Shown: positions 1 through 10,849 of the stretch, in pieces | Position numbering within the stretch: the first letter of the stretch is position 1 | Layout: each line of letters starts with the position of its first letter | Source of the DNA: Klebsormidium nitens | Lineage: Eukaryota; Plantae; Klebsormidiophyceae | Direction: 5' to 3' | Assembly (NCBI GenBank): GCA_000708835.1 | Contig: DF237162.1 | Coordinates: 62,001 to 126,000, forward strand | Length of the DNA: 64,000 nt | Made by a program: the position numbers and the translations under genes | The notes under the pieces: generated by a model | Told to the model about the DNA's origin: nothing | Databases searched by the model: none | Seen by the model: the letters and a program-made list of their open reading frames with translations, nothing else

Positions 1-925
1 TGTGCGGTCCGGTTGCAGTTAAGTTTCAACAGTAACCGTGCCAATGTAAGTCTACCCTAATAAGTAGGTGACTCTCGCTCCAGTTTCCACCATGCATTTG
101 CCTTGAACAGAAAGCCGCAAAAGCAGTGGCAGGGCGCGAGCAGAAGGCTCGAATCCATGGCTCACACAACACTGTAGGGCGGAGGAGGGCGGCGGGAGAT
201 GCTGCAAGCTGCAGAGAGACGGTGATTTCTAAAGTTGACGCGCAGCTTGCAGTAAGAGCAGCAGTCTTCACCATTGAACATGGTTGCTGTAAATCCTTCC
301 AGCAGGCTTGCATGCAAGTGACCAGTCATCAGAATGCATCTATGGCTGTCGTGCAGATCATTCAGCGTCTTGCGATATGTGGAGGTTTTTGGAATTGGGT
401 GACACAGAGGTGCCGGCTTCGTATGTCACTGCAGCTTTTGAAAACCTAACTGCAATTTTTGGTTAAGGGAGTTCATCAGGATTGAGGAACTCATTTTCAT
501 CGAATGCCCCATTCGTTGTTAGATGTTATTTTTCTCAAGATTCAGAGAGGGGTTAAAAGTACCAAACTTTAGCTGTCAGATTGCTGCTTCAGGATCTACC
601 CTGGAGTCTTCAAAAACTGACCCAAGGCAGTACTTTGAGTGAGGTGCTTACTACCTTTGTCACAAGGAGAGTTGCACACCAAGTGCTAGGATATAGAGTC
701 ATTGAAAATTTAGGCCACATATGCAAGCACAACCTATAAACCCTCTTACCTGCCATATCTTTAGTTACATGATTTTGTTCAAGGACTTATCTGTGTGTCC
801 TAATTTGAAGAGAAAGCCTTCCTTTACAGGGCCTCTCAAAGTTACTTTGTATCAGCTTTCTTCAAAGAACTGCTGACTTCAATCCATACTTTGAGGCTCT
901 GCTGACCATGTATCCTTCTTTGCAG

Positions 926-1443
926 GGAAGTGGTTGCTTTTCCCTTGCCTCCTCCACAACCAGTCAGGCGCTATGGAGGACTATGAGCAGTTCTCGCGAG
1001 AGGAGCACTCCCCTCGGAAGGTTCGCAAGTCAGTCGCACAGAAGCTCCACCTCGCCCCCCCTGATCAAATTAAGCATGAGCGAACTCACGAGTACGCCGG
1101 CGCTGCTACCCAGGCGGTAATCAGGCAGGTCTTTGATGCCTTGGGGGGGGATGAAGGGCTCAAGATCGTTCAGAATCTGGTCAAGGGCCAGGCCAAAATT
1201 GTCGCTGAAGAGGCGCGCACTTCAGCGGGTCTTCTCACTTCCCACGTCTCTGCGAGGCAAGCCACCATCGGCACCTATGATGCGCTTGAGGAGAAGTGGA
1301 AGCAATTCGTGAAGCGCCAGCCGTGGTATCTTCAATCGGCCATGCTGGCTGCGGGGGGGTTCTTTGGGCTGCTGGCATTGGGTTTGATGCTTTCGCTGTG
1401 GCGTTTCGTCCTCTTTGGCCTTGGTCCCGTCTACCGGAATTGA
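926..1443 (+). CDS. Probable terminal exon (or single-exon ORF from ATG 973) of an unknown protein with a C-terminal hydrophobic segment
   Basis: Open frame 934-1443 is preceded by an acceptor-like ttctttgcag (AG 924-925), with an in-frame ATG at 973. It ends in the hydrophobic stretch SAMLAAGGFFGLLALGLMLSLWRFVLFGLG. No family recognised. Confidence 0.55.
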
Positions 1444-2114
1444 CACCGAAGCACTTTGGAGAGCCGGCGTTGCTATGTTCAAATGGGTCAGTCATTTCTT
1501 AGTCACTCGCTTCTCGGCGATCATAGGGCGGACATTAGTTAGCCTGGTCGTTGCTGCCGGCACTGTATATGTTGGCCTTTGTGGTCCCTGCCATGCTGAA
1601 ATCGACGAGGTGGAACCAAGAGTTATGGTACTGTAAGGTTTACTGGCATAGCAACTCACGCAGGGTCATAGGCGACCCGGTTGACACATTGACAGTCTCG
1701 TACACTCAGGGCTATTAAGCACGCAGAACGTCGGGTACAGATGGATAAAAGACAACTTATTGTAGCGCATAACCAGCAGCTATTGCCTCTTGTAACTCTA
1801 GAGCATATAAAGATACTGCTAGAGGTGGGCATAGGTGGCGCAGCGCAGCTAAGCTAGTGCAATCAAAGGCAGTGGCATAGAGCCTTGCAGATTGAGTAAC
1901 ATTGTTGGATAACTTTGGCACGCATTGCATGCACCTGATATCTCAGTTTTCTACGGTTTCCTACAATATCTGCCATCCATGCATACTGCGCAGTTCACTT
2001 TTGCGCTGTTTCGACCGGACAAAAATTGAAAAGACTCATGCACATGACCGGAAATACAATGTCTTGCATGTAACTTTTCTTTGAGACAACTTTTGCCCTT
2101 GAGCATGGGGCCCC

Positions 2115-2813
2115 ATCTATATGAACTGAATGACAAATTTATTGCCCNNNNNNNNNNNNNNNNNNNNNNNNNNNNNNNNNNNNNNNNNNNNNNNNNNNNN
2201 NNNNNNNNNNNNNNNNNNNNNNNNNNNNNNNNNNNNNNNNNNNNNNNNNNNNNNNNNNNNNNNNNNNNNNNNNNNNNNNNNNNNNNNNNNNNNNNNNNNN
2301 NNNNNNNNNNNNNNNNNNNNNNNNNNNNNNNNNNNNNNNNNNNNNNNNNNNNNNNNNNNNNNNNNNNNNNNNNNNNNNNNNNNNNNNNNNNNNNNNNNNN
2401 NNNNNNNNNNNNNNNNNNNNNNNNNNNNNNNNNNNNNNNNNNNNNNNNNNNNNNNNNNNNNNNNNNNNNNNNNNNNNNNNNNNNNNNNNNNNNNNNNNNN
2501 NNNNNNNNNNNNNNNNNNNNNNNNNNNNNNNNNNNNNNNNNNNNNNNNNNNNNNNNNNNNNNNNNNNNNNNNNNNNNNNNNNNNNNNNNNNNNNNNNNNN
2601 NNNNNNNNNNNNNNNNNNNNNNNNNNNNNNNNNNNNNNNNNNNNNNNNNNNNNNNNNNNNNNNNNNNNNNNNNNNNNNNNNNNNNNNNNNNNNNNNNNNN
2701 NNNNNNNNNNNNNNNNNNNNNNNNNNNNNNNNNNNNNNNNNNNNNNNNNNNNNNNNNNNNNNNNNNNNNNNNNNNNNNNNATCTATATGAACTGAATGAC
2801 AAATTTATTGCCC
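2115..2813. other. Assembly gap (N 2148-2780) flanked by an identical 33-bp sequence
   Basis: atctatatgaactgaatgacaaatttattgccc occurs at 2115-2147 and again at 2781-2813. This fits an unmerged contig overlap or a collapsed repeat. Confidence 0.9.
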
Positions 2814-4487
2814 GGCCGGGGCATGCTTTGTAGAAGAAGTTTTATACGTACATGCCAGTGTGGTTGGACTTGTGCATTCGTTGTTTTAGGATCACTTTAT
2901 AAGTTGGCATCAAACTCAACCATTTGTATGCCATGCTTGCTAGAAGCCTATGGTCGCACTGACTACGGCGTAACGAGATTAGAGACGTACCATCACTATA
3001 GCACATGCTGCAGGTGCCTTTTGCGTACGAACCGCCGCATACTAATCCGAAAATGATATTGTTTGAAGATGCACGTGACCAACTTCACGCTCACATGCAC
3101 ATGTTGGTCAAGCTCCTTGATGGCATGCATGCCGGTGACGAGGCGGTAGCACCGGGCCATGGTTATAGATGCCATTGCCTAAAACACATACAATATATTT
3201 GCAGCAATATATAGGTATAGCGCTCGATCATGCATGCAGACGTACCATAAAATGGCCGGGTCACTTGCATGCATGGGCCCATGCACATATGAATCTGGTG
3301 GCATGCACTGCGTTGGACGATCAATACCACTCGCGGGCCCCATTTTACGGCCCGGCATATAATATCATAATCCCACACGTACTCAATACAAGCACGTATA
3401 CAAGCATTTAATGATGCCAGGGGGGCTGCGCCCGAGCAATACGATCGACCTCTCATGGACAGTACACTGTATTTGAACACGAAGTTGACCCGGACAATCC
3501 AAAGTCAGTGTGTTGAAACCGGTGACGGTTAAAATGATGGAGTTCGATCCCTTTCATAGAATTCTACGCTTGCGCTCCCCTTCGAAACTATCATTGACAA
3601 AGATAGTTACATATCCATGAAAGCTATCAAAACGTTCAAGTTGCTGACTCTTGCCATCTTATATAGGTGACGACATGTACGGCGTGACAAAAGTGGTCTA
3701 ATCAATCGACTTGCCATCATAAGAATGAGGGCTTCCGACCCTTGAAGCATGGCGTGCCCAGTTGAACAGCAGCGCAACAGAAGACCTGCTAGGGGATGCA
3801 ATAGTCGTTTTCGCAACCGCCGTGGCCCAACATGATGCCGCTTCAAAGTGCTCTCGAATCTCTAGCAGTGTCGTACACAGCTGATTCGAGAACCAAAGCG
3901 AGACCAAGAGGACATGCCGGTGGTCACTCCATGCGCCGAACCGGCCACTGATCCTTACAGCCGCAGCATCACGCCTTAAATCAACAGCAGCACAACGCGC
4001 TCGCTGAAACTTGTTGTTTTGACCTCGGCCTCCTCTAAAGCGAACGTGGCACGAGGCAAGACAAGCAACTCACTCACGCGTTTTTGACATACTGCAACGC
4101 TCTTCGATGACGTCATGCTCACAATACCCGGCCGTGCTCCTTTGGTGAACAATTTTGCGCCCCAATGTGCGGCAGGAAGCGTAGAGTTTCGCTGAAGTGG
4201 CCTTAGCCGTCGGATGACGTAGGCTCACGTCACCAGCGGACTCCCCTGCTCCCTCGCGGCCAACCGGAGCGCTGAGTTTTGAAACATGCTGCAGTAGACT
4301 AACCATCCGCTGACGTCAGCGGCAGCGCCCCCTCCTCGCTGGACGCCAGCTGTGCGCCGCTGGGACAATGGCCGCCTGCTCACATCATGCCCACGTCAAC
4401 GGTACAGCTGCTCCCGCGCCAAAAGTCCGAGCACGTGCACCGCGAAGTATGCTGGGTAGTGGATCTTGCCGCAAAAGACGGCATTGC

Positions 4488-7400
4488 TCACGTCAGCGGC
4501 AGCGCTCCCCGCTCGCTGGGTGTCAGCCCGTGCGTAGCGAGGTACGCCGCGTTGTGAAACTTGCTGAGGTGGCGCTGGCCGCCGTCGCAGAGGATGGTGA
4601 CGATCGTGTGCCCGGGGCCGAGCGCGCGCGCGGCACGCACCGCCCCGATGCAGTTGACGGCGGAGGAGCTCCCCAGGAAAAGACCGTCGTGCAGCAGGAG
4701 GTGCCTGGAAAGGAATTAGGAAGGTTTAGCTGATTGTATGGATCTGGAGAATGTTACAACAAAGCACAGACATAGAGTGCTTTTCGTAACGTGAAAGACT
4801 GCATAAACGAGAAACAAGCAAAGGAGTCGAGGATCATAGTTGGTGCAGACTGCCTCCACGTAGTGGATACCGGAAGAGGTCCCGAGGAAGAGACCGTCGT
4901 GCAGAGAGAGTTGCTGGAACAGGGCGAATCTGACTGGCTCGACTATCCCAGTTGCCTGCATTGAAGGTGACGGTAAAAGGTTCTCGAGGAATGAGAGGCC
5001 GTTTTAGCTCAGCTTAACTCTTGGTCAGGATATTCACATGAGACCCTAGGGTTTGTGATGTAGAAAGCCCTTATAGACTGCGGCAACAGAACTGGGACAT
5101 GAGGACAAGGTATGAGCCGTCACGCGTTTCCAAACGCTGCTGTCTTCCAGACCGGCCCTGTGACCGACAGTTCAGCAGACTCGACGGCCGCCTGACTCAA
5201 GCTCAACTTTCCAGATGCCGTCAAACAACGGTCCGGGTTCTGACGGCCCGGATCGAGAGTCAAGCGCGGCAACCAGCTTTAACAGTTGGGCGGCAAGCCA
5301 CTGAAGTTAAGGACCTGCATCGAGCCTTTATAGAGCGCCTGCACAGGGGAATGGACGCGGACTGCGTGGCTGAACTCAAGGATTGCTTCGACGAGTTCCG
5401 CTGTGGACCCTCTCCCCCTTTTCCAGCCGCCTCCAGGGGCTTGCTTGACCCCCGGAATGATTAGAAAGCTCCAAACAGACTTGTCAATTTAGTGTGCCAG
5501 GAAACCCGGCACTATACCCAACTCAGGCCGCCTTCCAGGGCTTGCCTAACATTATATTCGAACGATGTATAGCGGAGTTATCGACTTGACCGGCAAAAAA
5601 ACCGGTACTAACCTCGCCATGTCGACAGCCTCTTGGTCGCTCGCACGGAATGCCCCGTCCAGGCGCGCCTTCTCGAAGTTCCGCGTCATCCGGTTGATTC
5701 CGATGCCTTCCGTTATGGTGTCGAACGGATTCCGCAACCGCTTGCCCTCGGCCTCCTGAGGGGCGTACATCACGCCACGTGTCACCTTGTAGAACAGCCC
5801 CGATCCGGGGGGGTCGACGAGGAAGCACTTGACACCAGGGTTCTGGTCCTGCAGGTCGGACGAGGTAAGTGTTTCATGAGTGTCAATCTGGTGCACGACA
5901 GCAGCCGGAAGCAACTGAAACAGCGAGCTTCAACTTTTGGGAACAAAAGGCTACTTCTTCGAGATGGCCGACAGAAAGAATAAGTTCACTACCGCAAAAA
6001 GTGCTCCGAGAACGAATAGAAAGGTGTTCCTCCTGGTCTAGAAGGAATCAAACGGCGACGACAGAAAAGGGCCCTTGGGAAAGTCGCATTGAATGAAGAA
6101 GGTAGACTGTTGGCACGGGCGTGATCAACGACAGCAAGAGTCTTTCAAAGGAGGCCCTGTAGTATTGGGCAGGCAGGACATGTCAGGAACTTTTGCGAAG
6201 AGGAGAAACGAGGAGGACAAAAGAAATCGGCCTCCGCAACAGCTGTACCGCCCACTAGAAAACTCAGTCTCCTAGCCTCATCATAATAACTTTGTAAGAG
6301 GAGCAAAAGCATTTGAAGGCCTCGACGTCAGAACATATCGAGGAAGCAGGAGGTAAGCAAGCGAGGTGAAGGGAGGTCGAAAGCAATCCGCCACAAGCTC
6401 CTTGCTAGCAGTAAGGACGAAACGAGGACGAAACTCTGCCCTAGACTACACTGGAAGAGGTCAATGAAGCCGCTGCTCTCACCTTCAAGAAGCACGATAC
6501 GCCAGCGAGCGTCCCTCCCGTTCCCGCGCCCGCCACAAACGCGTCCACGTGGCCCCCCGTCTGCGCCCAGATCTCGGGCCCCGTTCCCTCGTTGTGTGCG
6601 CGGAAGTTTGCCAGGTTCTCGAACTGGTCCGCGAAGAACCCGCCCCCAGCAAGGCCCTCCGAATCGCTTCTTGCACTTTCGTGCGCTGGCGCACCTTCTT
6701 TGCTGACGTCAGCTTTGAAGATTTGCGACTTTGCGGACTGGTCCGCTGAGAAGCCGCCCCCAGCAAGGCCCTCGACTTCGCTTCCCTCCCGCTCGTTGCT
6801 GCTGCGGAGCCCCTCTCTCGCATGGTCGCCCTTTGGGCTGACGTCAGCAACAGAAGGCGCTGAATGCTGAGATTTCTCCGTGTAGGATTCACCCTGAGGC
6901 AATCTTTCCGCTTCTTTTCCTGCTCTACATGCCTCGCTTGGCGTATACGGGCTGCTTGGCCCTCCCTCCGAAGGGGCGTCGCTTCCGCTGACATAGGGAC
7001 GAGGCGGACTGTCAGCCACGTCCTCAGGGCAAGCGCTGCTAAGGTCATCTGCTGCGCTGACTGCAGTGGCGATCGCTCGAGAATATGACGCGTCAGCGCC
7101 GGTTGCAGTGCCTTCAACAAACTTCTGGTCGGCGGACCCGTTGTTGACGTCGTCTGCCAGCGCCCACCTCCCACAGTCGCGCACTTCGGGCGAGCAGCTG
7201 ACGTCAGCATCATTGGGGGTCCGCAGGGTCGCCTTCTCCTGACCAGAACCGGACGTTTTCGACTTGAAACGACCATCCGCGGCTGTCTCCGGTTCGGATC
7301 GGGCCTCCGCGCCGCCGTCTATCCTCCGCCTTGCTGCCGTCATCAGGTCGTCAGCAGCCTCTAGATCCGCATCCCATCTTTCTCCAGTCCGAGCCTCCTT

Positions 7401-10091
7401 GCCGTTGGCCATACGTCCAGCTGACGCTTCCTGAGAACCGTTTGCATGCCCGTTCGGCATTGCCTCCGTCGACTCTTGCGCCGCACCCGCTTCCGACTTC
7501 CCCGTCCGTTCACGATTCGAGTCGCCTGCTCCCTGTCCGTTCGGAACGCTGTTGCCGGCCTCCTCTTCCATTCCCAGAAGATCATCAAACCAAGAATCTC
7601 CAACCCCTCCTTCACCCTCGTCTGGGCCCACTTCTTCAGCAAGAGACGCTTGCGCAACATCGTCGCCTCTTCGCACCCGCGAAACGACCATCTCCCGTCC
7701 CGCCGCGGCCTCCCTCTTTATCAGCTTTCTCAACTGCTTCGGAGTCAACCCTTCTGTCGCCGCCGTTGCTTGCCTCGCTTCCTCCCTTTTCCTCCGCAGT
7801 TTTGGCTGGCCCCGTGCTTTCCCATTACCCATCGCTTGCGCGTTGCCCAGTGAACCCTCTCGATGGCTAGAGTACGCAGACGTACGCAGCGCCCCAGCTG
7901 TCGCAGCCTGCTTCCCTTTCGAAAATTTAACGGTCGTTTCGCATCCACTCACTGACAAAGACTCCTTCGGACGCTCTCCTTGGGCCCCTCTCTTCCCTGA
8001 CGCCGTTTCTGCTGGTTCGACCTTCAAATCGGGAACCGTTCCCATTCCCAACGGCGCAAACTCTCCCACTTTTACCCCAATAGTCTCAACGGCTTCCCCC
8101 TGCACCTTTTGGACATCCCGCCCTTGGCCCCCGGCCTCTAGCGCCCTCCGCCGCGCAACGTTCACAAAGTGCCCCGGATGCGTAATCGACACCGGCCGAA
8201 CGCGCGCGACTTCTGCGCCCAACGCCTCGAGCATCTGGCTCTTCTCGACCGCGGCGTCGTCTGGTAGGGCAACGAAGCAGCGGCAGCCGAACGCGCGGGC
8301 GACCAATGCCAGGCTGACACCTGTGCTCCCGGCGCTGCCCTCGCAGACGAGCCCCCCCGGGCGGAGCTGACCGGAGGTAAGGCCCTGGGAAGGAAAAGTT
8401 AGGGGGGTAGGCAACCATCAGCAACCATCTGAAGAGGTTTGACAGGGAACAGGAGGGGTTTGAAGGGGGACAGGAGAAGTTCAACGGGCGACCGGAGGGG
8501 TTTGAGCAACCTGGAGCCGTGAAAACGATACGAGATATGGCAAATGGTGTGCAATAGCTTAGGCGGACCTGACCCGATGGGAACCCCTGAGAAGAAGGGA
8601 CGAGGGGGTTAAGACAGACGGAGGGGTCGGATGGAAATCAGGAAAAGCCCAAGAAAGGGGACGTGTGAAGGTTTTGCGAGAACACACGGATTACACGTAA
8701 TTGTCTGAGCGGAGCTGACTGGGGGAAAGGAGAGATCAGGGGGTTGAACGGACAACCGGAGGGGCCAAAAGGCAAATCGAGTAGGTTCAAGCAACCCGGA
8801 GATGTGTGAGTAATGGGAGTACAGACCAGCTTATGTGTATGGGCTCAATCAACGGGCGGAGAAGGCTGGAGGAGTGGGCTTGAGGACAACTCTGAGGAAG
8901 TGACAGTAAGCTGGGGGATCAAGAGAGCCAGGGGAAGAGGACTAGCTTGAGGGGTACTCAGAAAGCAACTGAGATTAACATATACAATCCAACCAAACCG
9001 TTGAACAAGTGTGACTGGTTGGTGGCCCGAAACCAGGTTCAGGAACCTGAGGATATCGTGGCCCCTGAGTCTGAAGCCCTGGACTTGATTGCTTCGGGTT
9101 CTTCTTCACCCCTGAACACAGCTTGGGGCTCATGTGCTAACCACACTAAACACACAAAGGAAAACCGATGCCACCAGACTTCCCTTCTGCCTTTGATGTT
9201 TGAATAGACAACCGTACATCAGAGTTTTCAATGTCAGACATATCATCGCATCAGGTGCGCGAGGCAGGAACTAATCCAAACTTAACCACCTCCCTCAACG
9301 CATTGAGAATCTGCCATCCTCCTTTTTCACAGGGCCCCGAAATCTGATCTTGCTTTCGACTGAAACACATGTGATGAAGCAACCCTGAAGATGAAAGCAA
9401 TTGCGGAGAATGGAGCCACATCAAAGGCCATTTGTTGTATCTGAGGATGGCGGAGTTTTGTGTTCAGATCCCAGCCGCCTCAGTCAGTAAGCCCTTAGCT
9501 TGGATTCTGTACCCACTCCACCTCAGACTCTACAATTTCATGGAATAAGAGGAGTAGGAGACGAAGGAAATAGTGCGGTGCAAAAAAGAGATCCTTTCTC
9601 ACCTCCTGAATTATTTTCACTGCCACTCTGTCTTTTACACTCCCCCCAGGGTTAAGGAACTCGCACTTCCCTAGGATCTCGCACCCTGTCGCTTCGGATA
9701 GGCTATTGATGCGGATCAGCGGCGTGTTGCCAATGGCCGCCAACAGTCCCTGCTCAGCCTGAGAGCTTGCAAACTTAACACCAGCAGCGGCGCCCTGTTT
9801 GGCCTCTTGATGCTCAGCATGGCTGGTGTCAACAGCTCCCATTGTGAGCTGTCCAAGCAACCATCGCCAGAACTCAGGACTTTCATGGTCTTTTCCAAAT
9901 TTGTCCCTGACTTTCTCATCAATCTTACGTTGAGCACCACTAAATGGTGTTGCCGGTTTCTTTGACGTTTCTGCCTCTTGATTGCCGTCCTCCAACTCCC
10001 ATATTCTGACAGCATTCCACGTCGCGACAACCGCAATTACTCCAGCTGCCACCACCGCTGCTGTTAGCACTGCGTCGGAGGAAGAAAGCAT
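4488..10091 (-). CDS. Cysteine synthase-like PLP enzyme (OAS-thiol-lyase/CBS family, cysteine synthase 2 type) with N-terminal membrane anchor and large internal insertion
   Basis: Exons 10091-9603, 8384-6483, 5848-5613, 4704-4488, all GT-AG with consistent phases (~947 aa). Motifs: [16 protein letters not shown]-lysine motif [89 protein letters not shown]. The exact 3' end is less certain because the stop codon overlaps a GTGAG donor-like site. Confidence 0.9.
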
Positions 10092-10291
10092 CGTGCGCAA
10101 GGTTCTGGTTCGTGGAACAACTCTTACGAACAACACGCAAGCAATTCTAACAGGCAATCAGACACGAAATTGAAAAGCCTAGGCCTCCCACGCCTGCGCA
10201 AGCAAAGCCTGGGCAGCGCTACCGGTACTCTCGTCCTTTGGCTTCAACTTCAACTTCAAGTTCAAGTTCAGGTCCAATCCATAGGTTACTC

Positions 10292-10374
10292 NNNNNNNNN
10301 NNNNNNNNNNNNNNNNNNNNNNNNNNNNNNNNNNNNNNNNNNNNNNNNNNNNNNNNNNNNNNNNNNNNNNNNNC
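10292..10374. other. Assembly gap (N run)
   Basis: Run of N between the divergent genes starting at 10091 and 10850. Confidence 0.95.
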
Positions 10375-10849
10375 CCTGGAAGGCGCGCCATCGTGATCTG
10401 TTTCCTACACATCTAGTTTGCTCGTCTCCCCATTACCGCGCAACGGCAATGGTTGGACGCAGTGCACTTTTCTGCACTTTCGGACATGCCGGACTTTGCG
10501 GACAAGTGCATGAAATTTGTGGCATCGAGGCCCCAAAACATGTCCGAAAGCTCAAGGCGGAGGATGCATGCATGCCATGTCCAGTGGCGCAAGTAGTACA
10601 AAGAACGGAGGCGTCTTCAGTGGCATGTGTGGGCATGTGTGAGGATTTTTTCAAGCAAGCTTGAAGACGCCTCTGATGTCATTGTTCAACTTCAAGTGGC
10701 TGCAGTTGTTTTTTGGGCAGCTCTGTGTGCAATCTCCGTTGTAAGCTTTCGTTGGAAGCCCTTGAAACGCAGCGGCGAGGTAGCTGCTGACAGGCAAGTT
10801 CTAGAGTGGGCGGGACACGAGAAGGTCTGAACCACAGCATTGTTCCATC

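Noticed and set aside
2115-2813. 33-bp direct repeat as LTR or TSD of an element hidden in the gap
   Set aside because: The repeats abut the N run exactly, which is the typical signature of a scaffolding overlap. It cannot be interpreted without reads.
1951-2833. Long ORFs of 221-283 aa in the ORF track
   Set aside because: They are artefacts of translating through the N gap. The same applies to the ORFs spanning 10292-10374 and 18143-18588.
3520-3560. gagttcgatcc resembling a tRNA T-loop / Pol III B-box
   Set aside because: The flanking bases do not form a T-stem, and I could not build acceptor, D or anticodon arms.
7552-8370. 272-aa plus-strand ORF and other overlapping ORFs at 6464-7948
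   Set aside because: Antisense or alternate-frame shadows of the cysteine synthase long exon; low-complexity translations.
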